DNA of 64,000 nucleotides, from the NCBI GenBank assembly GCA_964187785.1, contig OZ076411.1:46438001-46502000 (forward strand), read 5' to 3'. This stretch comes from Amphiscolops sp. MND2022 (taxonomy: Eukaryota). The position numbers were made by a program, and so were the translations under genes. Shown piece by piece: positions 11,001 through 23,000 of the stretch (position 1 is its first letter; each line of letters starts with the position of its first letter). The notes under the pieces were generated by a model that was given only the letters and a program-made list of their open reading frames with translations, was not told where the DNA came from and made no database searches.

Positions 11001-14000
11001 GGCCAACTCAAAAATGGATTTTATCCCAACTTAGGACCTAAAAAAACAAAATCGTAAAAAATCAAATGAAACGTGTGACCCTTTAGTTTCGAAATGAAAC
11101 ATCAGAAAAATCAGAGAATAGACCTCTACGTCAGAGCTGGTCTTACATAGATGTTATTGAAAGAAAGTGGATAATGGCTCTTGACTATTTGATTCTGAAA
11201 AACTATGGGAAGGTGATTAACATTTCAGGATGTTTCAACGCAGATCGTCTAAAAACATGTAATAATCGAGGTGGCGGCGTGACCTTTTGTTCGATTTTGT
11301 TCTGAAATCTCTAAAACAGGCCTAAATCATCTTCAGCACAACTATTTGAGTTTCGTGGTGGAATGTATTCTTACAAGAAATCCATCGAATAAAACGAAAC
11401 ATTTAATAGATATTGGCTACCACTTGTTTTAAAAATCTCATCTTGCTCGCGTTTTCCTTCTCATTTTGACAAAAACGAATGATTATTACCTTATTAATGA
11501 TTATTAACATAATTAATGCATATAAAACGCCAGTATTGTTTTCATTTTCTGTTCAAAGGCCGAGCATGATTCTCTGTTATTATCCAATTAACGAAGCCGA
11601 TACTCCAAGATTTGGATACTTTCTGTCAAACTGACTACGTTTGCGATTCTTATGCAATGTTGGAAAATTGGGACTGTTCTGAGAAATCTGATGCAATCGA
11701 AAGATTTGCTTTTGGAAATTTTCGTGGAAGCTGTAATTGTCGGGCACATTTTGTTCCGGAATACGCCGCCTAAAAAGTGGCTTAATTATTTTCTAATGAT
11801 AATCTCATCCAAATTTCGTCCTTCAGTCAATAGTCAGATTTTTCGAAAGATGATGAATGCGTAAAAGTGGTTATGCTCAATCGAATGTGATCGGCATATA
11901 AAATGCTCACTAAATTGTAATGCATTCAGGTACTGAGCGAAGTTGATCTGTTTCACTTCGAAGTCGTCTTCTTCTCTCCAAAATAAACCAGACCACTGAA
12001 CCAAGTATCCAACAATTGAAGTATCCGAAAGAAATGAATCCTTTGCCCTGACCTAGTTTTATATGCTACTAGTTTGAGTATTCATATTTGCGCTGCCATA
12101 GATTAACATTTGTTGAAACACAGACCTTTTCCGGTCAAGCGTAGTTCAAAACGAACTACTTCAACTTAATCCCATAAAATTCTAGTTTCTTTCCTTCAAA
12201 TCGAATCATTATCCGTTACGTCATACGGTGATTGTGATACGAATGAATACGATTGATCGGCACTAAGAACGATGGTGAAAAGAAGAGTAAGGTTAAGTTT
12301 TATGATTTTTCCTGTGGTGTTCTGTACTCAATTGCTAATAATCGTCGGAAAAGGTGGTAGAAAATAATACCTTTAGAATCACACAAAAAAATACCTCACT
12401 TTGTATCAGCGAATATTTGACATAAACAGTTATTTAGCGAACTAGCGACCGCGCAGGAATATTTCAGCGATTTCATTAGCAATTCAACCCAACGGCAACC
12501 AATAGAATCTCCAATTTTGAAATTTATTGTGAACATAGTTGGAATTTGAAATTAAATTGCGAAGTTTTCCGACTCTTACCCTTATAAAATCCACACAGCA
12601 TGTTAAATTCCAGTCTTTTTCTTGCAAAAACTAAATTAGGTTATCTTAAGTTTTGTAACATTCTTGGAGTCACGCATTTAATAGTTTGAAGAAAAACTTT
12701 TTCAGCCAAAGAGCGACTTTGAAATTATCGGTTTAGCCATTAGCAAAAAAGTAGCAATGTCAAAACCCAATTTTTTAAATTGGAAAATCTCCGAACGTCA
12801 ATCGGTTCAGCTGTTGGTTCAGATATTCTTCCGCTAAGTTTTCCTTTCTATTCGAATCTCTATATATGCTTATCAAAGTTAGCGCCATCGATTTAATGTA
12901 TTGCTAATAATTCCAAATTGTGTTTTCAATCAATTCCCCTGAAATCAACTGCATTTCCCCGAAGATTACAGTAAACTATTGAAATGGTTGTTGCCACGTT
13001 TGGAGCTTTTCAGATAAAATATGTTGTTTCATTGAAAAACGGTCACGCATAACATCTGCGCAACATTCCTGAAAACAATGTAAGCTAGTTTGATTTTGTG
13101 TGATCAATCTTGAGTTTTCTATCTGTTTTTTTATGTTAATGGAAAGTAGATTGACCCCTTACCATGGTCGTTTTTTATACCTTCCAAACGGGGTTTTTGT
13201 TCAGGGCATTGTAAAATTTTTATCCCAAAAAATAAGGAAGACTTTATTCAATGTGTTCAGTGAAATTCATTGTGTAGAGCTAAAGGTTTGATGTTCTCAT
13301 CTGTTTGCGTTTCTTTGTGTTAGGTCAATGTATGACAACATCTTTAAACCTTTAAGCAAATAGGTAGTTTCATGGCCTCGCTGTGATGTTTCAGACTGCA
13401 GCAGTGGCGGATGAAATGTCGTTCCAATCATCAACTCAACATCTTTATCGTTAGTGCCATTATTCTTTTTTTATTGGGACCACCAGTAGTAGTAGTAGTT
13501 TGAATTATTTGCTATTATAGGGAATCGGAGTTGTTTTCCTTGCAACAATGATGTTCTCCAAGTTGAAAACCCATGGTGTAAAATGTTTCACCTAAAATTC
13601 ATTTTGATGTAAATTGACCAAACTTGGGCTCATATGATCTAAAACCTAAGGTTTATGAAATATTTTCACGCTTCAAGTAGTTTTTTGGCAGCTTTGTTTG
13701 AGTCTTGGACATGAAAGTGTTGCTGTTTAGCAGAACCATTGCATTAGCGTTGAATGAGTAATGTGTTCTAGCGAGCAGTAACCAAGTGGCCTTATATAAC
13801 GCACCAATGGCTGCAGGGCCTCAAATGTACCCTCAGCAGGCGCCCATGATGCAGCCCCCGATGCCGCATACATATCAACATCCCACGCATCTCCAATCTA
13901 CTATCATGCCCACTTCTTCTTTGATGGCAGCGCCTGTTACTTTTGGGACATCGACCCCATCATTGTCGACTTCCGGCCTCGACCAATCAACGTCCAACAA

Positions 14001-17000
14001 TCTGCAGCTGGTTATGCTCGAGTCCAAACAGATCCAGAGTGACGTCAGAAACCAGGTGATGCAAGTTTCGACAAAGTTAGATCAGGTGCACCAGAAAGTG
14101 GAAGTTTTGGCTTCTCGCGATTCTATGATGGGCACAAGTGGCAGCCAAGTCACCCTGGAAGCTGCTGTTTTGGTCCAGAACATTCAGAGGATTGTTCAGG
14201 TAACTTCACTAATGTGTACCAGCATTATCGACGAAGCCAAAGTATCATTGGTTGTAACCATTCTCTGTGTTTAGGAGAACCAAAGATTGAAAGAAGAAGC
14301 GGAACAGTCGAGGTTGACAAATGAAAGTCAGACAGAAAAAATTGCGGGTCTACTCGCTCAGAATCAGAAGTATCTCGAACAGAGTAACATCATGCTTGAA
14401 CAGCGGAATGAGTCATTCCAGGTACAATAACATCTATCTTCAAGTCTCGCTTGTTGTTGGTGAAATTTATGAGAAATGCTGTAACCTAAAAATGCCCCAT
14501 CAGTCTAAGGAATAATAAGTTTGCCAACATAGTGATCCTACCTGAAGTGTTTGAAATTTTTTGTTTTGGTTTTTTTAGAAAATGCTTCTATAGTTTCTTC
14601 ACATTTGTTTGCTAAGTGATTTTCAATCGAAAGTTACGATTTTGTTTCATAATTGCAGAGTGTTTCATCGTCCAGTCAAATCAAGATCACACAGTTGGAG
14701 CAAGAAAAGACGCAAATGTTGAACGAGCTGAACTCGCTGAACAACAAAATATCGGAGCTGCAGTTTGACCTTTCGACTCAGAAGCAGCGGCAACTGGACT
14801 TCAAGTCTCAAGTTAACGAAGAAGCTGTTGGCAAGAACCAACTCAGAGAAGAGGTGGCGACACAGAAAGTCAAAATAACAGGTTAATTCTTCCATTCCAT
14901 TTTTTTGTTAAACATTTGAGGTTTTCATTTCAAATGATATATAATGTTTTTAGTCGGCGTTTTTTAGTAAAAAGTGCACAACTCTTGCAGTGGCAAGTTT
15001 TTTGTCTTCAATCACCCTGAAGCGTCCACTTTTATAAATTTTAATGGTGGACTACAATGGAATTTTATAGATTTTAAATGTAAGTTAGCCATTTGGCCCA
15101 GTAGCTAACGCGGATTTCCAGACCTGGTGACGGGACCTTTGAAGCAGGAGTGTTTCATTCGAGTCCCGTTCTAAACCAAAATTTTTATGTTTGCAAATTT
15201 AGAGGAAAGACCAAAGGGTCCCCTTTTGGTTTTTTCGTTACTATGTGACTTCTGATTTTTTTAACCGAAGCCCCCTTCAATTTGTAGAAACAAAGCGCTT
15301 TGCGAGCATAGTTTTCGGGATTGTGTGACTGATCAAAGACATTTTGTTTTGGAAAAAATGTCTCCCAATTTTTTTTGTGCTTTTCTGCTAAGGAAAACCG
15401 TTTTCCGAGTCTTAAGGGTCACATCGTTGGTTATCTCGAAAAATTCGTTTGGTCAAAGGATACCCGCTTTTTAAAATTTTTAAAACGTTTTTGGCTACGA
15501 AAGGCTAAGCGTTTTGCGAACTTAGAGGGTATCCTTTTGGGTTTTTCGGCACTGAGACTTTCCGGAAAAAAGTCATTTTTTTCAGAAATTGGTGTTTTTG
15601 ATGTTTTGAGTTAGAGTAAAAACAATTGTCGAGTCTTATGGGTATTTTTTGGCACTGTGAATTTGACAAAAACGACACAATAGTAACGCATATTCAAAAC
15701 ACTTTGCTCATTTTGAACTTTGATCGGAGCGCCGACTTATGCCGTTCCTGCCCGGCTTGTCTGTTTCTCATTGCTTCTTTCAACTATTTTCGAATTGCAT
15801 CAGCTGATTTTTTCAGAGCTGGAGGAAGATTTTTCGAAGGCTAAAAACGCATATAGAGAACAGAGAGCAGCTAGGAAGCACGCGGAGTCGCGCATTGTCG
15901 ACCTGGAGGAGCAGTTGACTGACGTCAAATCTGAGGTGGAGAGTCTCAACAGACAGCTCAGCGAACGCAAGAGGAGGGCCAAGGGTGAGCTCGACACCCA
16001 GCAGAAGGAGATAGAGGAGACGAAACAGATGTACATGGTGAGTCATCGCAGCTTGAGGCGTGAGTTTTGCGTAAAGGGTTGAATCTGCGCTTGTATCATT
16101 TCAAAATGCTTTTGTATCAAGTGCTTGTCAAATTGCCGTTAATTTATGAACACCCGCCGAGTTTGTTGTCAAATTGCGGTTCTGTTTGGATGAACAGTTC
16201 TTGTTTGTCGTCATACAAGTTAAGAAATCCCCAAATGATTTTTGTGACCACCAACGGTTTTAGGTTTGAAGGTTTACTGAGTGTTTTTGATTTGCGCAGT
16301 CGGAGATCGAAAGCTTGAAGAGTCGACTGGAGGCACAGCGGAAGATGGGCACTGACGCCAACCTAGCACTGAGCAAGGTGGAGGCTGACTTGGACAACCA
16401 GTGGAGAGAGAAGTGTGATGCAATGGTCAAACAGACGAGGAACCAATTGGACGACCAGCTAAAATTCGCCAACGAAAGAGCAGAGAATCTACAGAGCGAA
16501 GTACATATTATTCTCACTATAAGTTTCATTAATGCGTTAGAAATGCTAATATTATTTCAACTTTTGCAAAGATAAAAAGCTGAGCTGATTTTTTTCAATG
16601 TAGCAATAAATTCACTTTTTAAAAGGAACACTGAATTAACCTTAGTTATTTATTAAACAAGAATTTGGTTTCAAGAAAACAAAGCAGTGTAATGTTGTTT
16701 CAAAAAATAATTTAATTAAAAGCATATACATTGAATATTCAAAACAGTTAAGTAAAACGGAAATCAATCCAACACTTTTTTTATTCCGATACATCACAGT
16801 CAAATTTCTCCAGGTGAGTGTATTAATGGTGAATGTATTAATTACTATGGACAGAAATGAGCTTCGAATTCGCTGGTTGACTGATTGTTCGCCGAGAGTT
16901 TTTATTCGCGATACCTTGGAAAGGAAAGCGACTGTTTTTCGAACAATAAAATTCCAGTAATGTTACTGAGCCCGAAGGGACTGCTTTTAAATATAGACAT

Positions 17001-20000
17001 TGCACAATCTTTTGTTTTGCCAGCTAATGAGCTCACATAGAGTCATAAATCAATGTTTGTTGTAATTGACTTAGTTTTTTCTATTGAAGACAAGTTTTCG
17101 AGTTTTAAGCTGTTTTCGATCTTTTTGCGGGGTGATAAACACGAAAGCGAAAGAACCAGCTTTTTGCTCCCAAAATTCGGCATAAGGCAACGACCTGATT
17201 AAAGCTGCAACGTATTCAAGTGTTTTTAACAACCTGGATGTTCAATTTTGCTCCAAGATCTGAAAAGTTCTCACATAATAAATAATTGTTGCGTTTTCAC
17301 ATTATAGCCACTACAATATGCACCAGTCAGCCATTTGATCTGGTATTCTGTAGCTGAACAACAGCGTTGAGAGAATAGCAAATTATGGTTTTGTATATGT
17401 ACTTTTCAGGTTTCTTCCTCCAAAACGAAAATTGTGGAGCTTAACAGCGCGGTGAGCAACTTGAAGCGCGATCTCATCGAAAATCAAGAACAACTTCATC
17501 TGAAGGTTCGTTTTGTGCTGGAATTCGTGCTGATGCATAATCATTGCATAATCAACGGAGACGTCAAATTGTCTGATAGAGAATGTTGTTTTCTAGAAGG
17601 ATGAAGTGCTTAGTCTGCAGAATGAGATCGACAAGTTGCAGTACGAGCTGGATAAGAACGCCAAATCTGTGTCCTCTGAAGTACTTCTGCCGGAAGTGAG
17701 AGCACCAAAGTTGTCTTAAGTCTCCACAAAGGAGAAAAAAGTTCTTTTAAATTGCCTTAAAATTCCAGAATGGAGAAATATCTTGTTTTAATTATGAGCA
17801 AAATCAACTGGATGCTTCTCAATGAAGCCAAAGTTATCGTAAGTCTCCAAAATCGGAGAAAAAAATGTAGATAAAAGAACAAAATTATCTGGAGTTTCCT
17901 GAATTTTAAATGGAAGAATGGAATATTCGAATGCCCAATTGGATGTTTTTCAGGTGAAGAAAATCATGAACACAATCTACCAAGTGATGGCTAAGCACAT
18001 TGACAAGGAGGCCAAATACACGGGGTCCAGTTTGCTGAACTTCATGAAACTTGTCATCAAAGTTAGTTCAAGAGTGATCAAATTAACGTCAAGTTGCACC
18101 ACGATGTTTCCCGTTTTCTTTTGGAAATGCTGGCAGAGAAACTTTTTAGTTATCTCCCCCTCCTCTGTTGTGAGAAATTCAACAGGTATAGGCTCAAAAT
18201 TGATAAATTCCCCTATTAAAAGTACGTGTACCATTTTTAGTCGGCGCTTCTGAAGAAAAGTACCCGACTCTTACAGTGGGTAGTTTTTTTTAGACGCGTA
18301 AGGTCCACTTTTTTGTTCATCTGTTCAACAACCTCAATTACGGAGGTTCAAAATACTCGAAACCTCAGAACCTCGTCCAAAACAAAAAGAAACAAAACCG
18401 ACGTCTAGAACCTCGAAGACATACTAAGGATCCCCCTTTGGCTATCTTGGTGATTTTTACTTAGATTTTTTCGGCAATGAGACTTTTTTGAAAATTTTTG
18501 GATTGCACCAAAGGGTCCCCCTTCATTTGTTTCGTTATTTTTCAACAGAATTGATGTTAAAAAAATCCCAAAGGGTCCCCATTTTTACATTTTTCGGCAC
18601 TGTGACACTGTTCAAAAGTTTCATTTGATTTTTTTCGAAATTTTTTTGAAGTCTCCAAAGGGTCCCCCCTTCAATGTTTCATACTTTGCAACAAACTGGA
18701 GTTTCAAAAAGCCCAAAGGGTCCCCCTTTTACAATTTTATAAACTTTGCGGTTTTTGAGCTTTAGATATAGCGCCGATATTGTCCGTTCCCGGCTTTGTT
18801 TATTACCATTCCGAGTTTAAAACTTGATGAAACCAGTCTAACCTTTTACTATACTAATGCAGAAAGTCTCGAAATTTAAAATTGACTAGACGTAGGTAAT
18901 CCGGTGATATTCATTTAAAAATGATTTGAACTGAAATATAAAATGAGAGTTCTGAAAGAAATTTGATTTGAAATTTGTTAGGCACAGATTTAGTGGTCGC
19001 AACATATTTGATTGTACAAACGTTAACTAATAAATTTGGCTCTCTTAGAATCACGATGATGACAGAGATTTAAAATCTTAGAAGAAACAAGCCGGGACCG
19101 GCCCGAGTCGGCGCCATATGAAAGGCTCAAAAAATTAAAAAGGACTTCAAAGTGTCAAAGTATTCTCTTCTATAGCACCCGAAAAACGCAAAAGTTGGAC
19201 CGAATTGTCGCGCCAGAGTGGAGGCTTTGAGAATTTTTATCCATTCGGTCACAAAACATCAGAAAAAGTGAAGGGGGACCCTTTGGTGGAAAAAAAATTC
19301 GAACAAAAAACTGAAAGGGGGACGGACCCTTTAGTCTCTCGCCCGGTATTGTATGTTACCTTTTTGGTTCAGTTCCCTGGGCCAACAGGTATAATTTGGC
19401 GTTGTCTTAAATTTTTGTAGAACTTCAGGTAGAACTATTTTGGTCATTTCAGGTGTATCGAAAAACAAGCCGGGACCGGCCCAAGTCGGCGCCATATCCA
19501 AGGCTCAAAAATAGCGAAAAGACTTCCAAGTGTCAAGTACTCTTTTACAGTACTCGAAATTCGAAATTTTTTGAAAAAAATTTTTTTTCGAAAAAATTAC
19601 ATACTCAAAAAAATGGACCGACTGGCGCGTAAAGTCTCACAATGCCGAAAAACTGAAAGGGGGGCCCTTTGAGGTTTTTCAACATCCATTCTGTCGCAAA
19701 ACATGAAAAAATTGAAGAAAACAAAAATTTTCATTTTCGGGAAAAAATCTCACAATGCCGAAAAAAACTGAAAGGGGGGACCCTTTGGGATTTTTCAACA
19801 TCCATTCTGTCGCAAATCATCAAAAAAATGCAGGGGGGACCCTTTGGGGAATTTTTTTTCGAAAAAAAAGTCGCAGTGCCGAAAAAAATGAAAGGGGGGA
19901 GTCTTTGGTCTCGCCCGGTATGGTATGTTACGCGGAAAAACAGGAAAAACCTTTTTGGTTCAGTTCGCTAGACCGGATAGTGCATTTTGATGCAATAATA

Positions 20001-23000
20001 TTTTGTAGAACTTTTGTAGAACTATTTTGGTCAGTTCGTGTGGATAGAAAAAAAAGAGTCACTATAATAGTCGCGTTTCACTTCATGAAGCGCCGACTAA
20101 AAAACACTATAGTCGACTTTTTTCTCGAAGAAAAGCGCTGACTAAAAACGCAATATCGCCTTGAGCAAATTATGACAACGTAGTCAGCTACGGTCAAATA
20201 CCTCTAATGCCCTAAATGCAGGAGCGCAGCGACGTGCCATTAATAGTTCAGCGGCTGGTTTTGACGTATTCCGACCTGGAGGAGCGCAAAGCACTGCATA
20301 AGTAGGAAGGTTGAGTCATAAAACCAAAATTTTATGGCTGCTGGGAAAATGAATTATTATTGCAATATTTCCTATGGGCCTTTTTCTCCGGTGTGTTTTT
20401 AGTCGGCGCTTCATTAAGTGAAACGCGACTATTCTAGTGGCTTTTTTCAATCCACACGAACTGACCAAAATAGTTCTTAAAAGTTCTACGAAATTTTATG
20501 GTGTCAAATTGAACCATTTGGCCTAGCGAACTGAACCAAAAAGTTTTTTTTCACGTAACATACAACACCGGGCGAGACTAAAGGGTCCCCCTTACAGTTT
20601 TTTCGGCATTGTGGAAATTTTTTTCGAAATTTTTTCTCACCAAAAGGTCCCCCTTCATTTTTTTATTTTTGATGTTTTGCTATAGAATGGATGTTGAAAA
20701 ATCCCAAAGGGTCCCTAGCTTTTAGCGCGGGTGCAACTTTTAGGTTTTTATGTACTGTAACAGACTTTGACACTTTGAAGTCCTTTTGCTATTTTTGAGC
20801 TTTAGATATACGTTTATGTCTTTGTATACGTTTATTGGCTACTGTCAGTCATTTAAACTTTTTGTTATTATTGAGGTAATTAACTAAAATTTCCCGGTGC
20901 TCAACGGAAGCATAGTTTTATGACATAATATTGCAACGAGACAAAAATGCCGAATAACCTTATACTGTCTGCAGGCAAAAGCACGTGTGTCCTAATTCAG
21001 GACTCCTGAATCCTGCTATAATTTTTTACAGAAATGAATTTGCTACGTGTATTTTGTATTTTGCTACGGGATAGTTTATTTTTACAATGAAATGTGTTGA
21101 TTACTAGCAATATTTCGTTTTGAATTTGTTTTTCAGGATGTGACACTTAGTGTATCTTCGGGAAAACAGCCAAATTGTCTGACTGATTCTTCAACTTTGA
21201 TAGAACCCATTCCCGAAGACGAGAGTGACGAGAATGAAGACGAGGCTGGTGAAAGCTCAAGTGAAGAAGCTGATTCGAAGAGCTCGTCTCCTAGACCTAA
21301 AGACAGTCCTGAGGAACCTGTCTCTAAAAAAGATTCCGATTCCGCGGCTAGTGAAAAAGAAGTTTTGCCTGAAACCGAGGTACCAGTTGCAACATCAGCA
21401 ACTAATGACGTTATTCCTACCATTGTCCAGTCGACTTCGACTGATTCTGATGTTAGCGAATATTCAGTTGTTGAAACTGATAGAGAAAAACGTCAAAGTG
21501 GTGCTGAAGCATTGTTGTCTGATTCTGATGACAAAGCTCAAACCGGTGCTGTGGAAACACTAAATGATAATGCCACGAATGAAATCAATTCTCCTAGTCC
21601 TTTGTTGAAAGCTGACGATGAAGCTGACAACTCGGACTCTGAAGGAGTTCCCGTTTTAGACCCTAGAAACCTTCCTAGTTCTGACTCAGAAAACGAACAA
21701 GATCCTTCCTATAATAGTCCTTTGAACACTAGTAACATGAAAGAATCATCTGATGTCATCAAACCAGAAGACAGTGAAATTCAGACAAACGAAGAACCGG
21801 TCCCTGTTGTTGATTCTCCCAATGGATCACATGGGTCGATAGAAAATATTGCCGTACAGGAGACAACAGAATCTCCTGTATCAATTGTAGTTGAAAATGA
21901 AGGTTAGAGCTGTTTATTTTTCTTGATGAATACTCACTTTTTGATCAAATTCAGGATACCATTTTGAAGAAGACATCGTATAGGTTTCTCCCTAGTCTTA
22001 TTTCGGGCAAGCTTTCAGGTCTTAAATACCCACTAAAATGTGACGTTAAAGTCTATCAGTAGAGCTTTTTTTTGGACAGCAAAATGTTTTCTTGTGACAA
22101 GAACTTTATGCAAATTCTGAACGGTGTTCTTTTCCATTTTCATAATAAAATTATCGCATATTGGTGGAATCTAATTCTTCCAAAAAGTTTTCATTTTTGT
22201 GCCGAATGCAGCTTTTGTTCATCGTTGTCCCAAATCGTAGATGACTTTTTTTCAAAGTGCAATGTCATTTTCTTATGTCCTTAAAATCGTATATGAAACA
22301 TTGAGAGATGTTAATTTTTATTGGAAATCCTATTTGAACCCGAACTTCGATGGTTCCATTTTAGATTAAATATTAGTTAGAATAAATTGAGTTAAAATTG
22401 GTTAATTTCCTAACAAAAGTCTCAGTTCCGAATCTGTAAAACTTCTCATTTTGATGACGCTTCTATGCAGCACGTAGTCTTTCCTGGTGGAGCGCAACTG
22501 TACATTCGATGGTTTGTGAAAGAAATCTACAATGTCACTGATGATGTTTTCTGCCAAATCATCTGACTGTGGATTAGTCGAATTGATGCCTATTATTTTC
22601 ACGGGTTTTGTGATGTTGTGGAATTCTAGAATGCAATTGATGACATCATAGACGGGAATGAACTTTCTGTCTCGTTTCAATACATGTAAAGAAGCGGGTC
22701 GACCTCTGAAGTACTTTCGGTCATAGTTTTCGGGTCTCGGTCGAAGAATGGTGTCATTGGGGTTGAGAGAACCAATGCTGATTGCGTCATTGGACTTGAA
22801 GCTCCGTAGAGACCCAGTTTCGAATAATGCTGACTTAGAAGGGCCTCTGGAAATAGTGAAGTTATCCTCATCGAACTCAATCTTCCGTTGCGTTGATCTT
22901 CTTTTGGATTTATCTGGCTTAAAACGGCTGAGCAATTTGGCTATAAAAGACATCTTGGGTGTCGATTGAGGTCTTGGTCGTTTCTCAAAATTTGATCTAC

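Noticed and set aside
9819-12300. ORFs and coding-like patches in the long FKBP15 intron
   Set aside because: Low-complexity or stop-ridden; I recognised no motif.
19049-19073. Short exon-like ATCACGATGATGACAGAGATTTAA after a TAG acceptor as an alternative FKBP15 end
   Set aside because: The exon at 21137 gives the conserved continuation (IK-DVTL); no support for this one without RNA data.
19669-20141. 100-aa and 128-aa ORFs, and similar ones at 2696-3038, 26309-27170 and 34427-34690
   Set aside because: Lys/Phe/Gly-rich translations of non-coding Helentron-like repeats.
21133-21423. Antisense ORFs over exons (also 14665-14895, 15800-16046, 16260-16529, 24975-25307, 60379-60801, 62449-62877)
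   Set aside because: Shadow frames of real coding exons.
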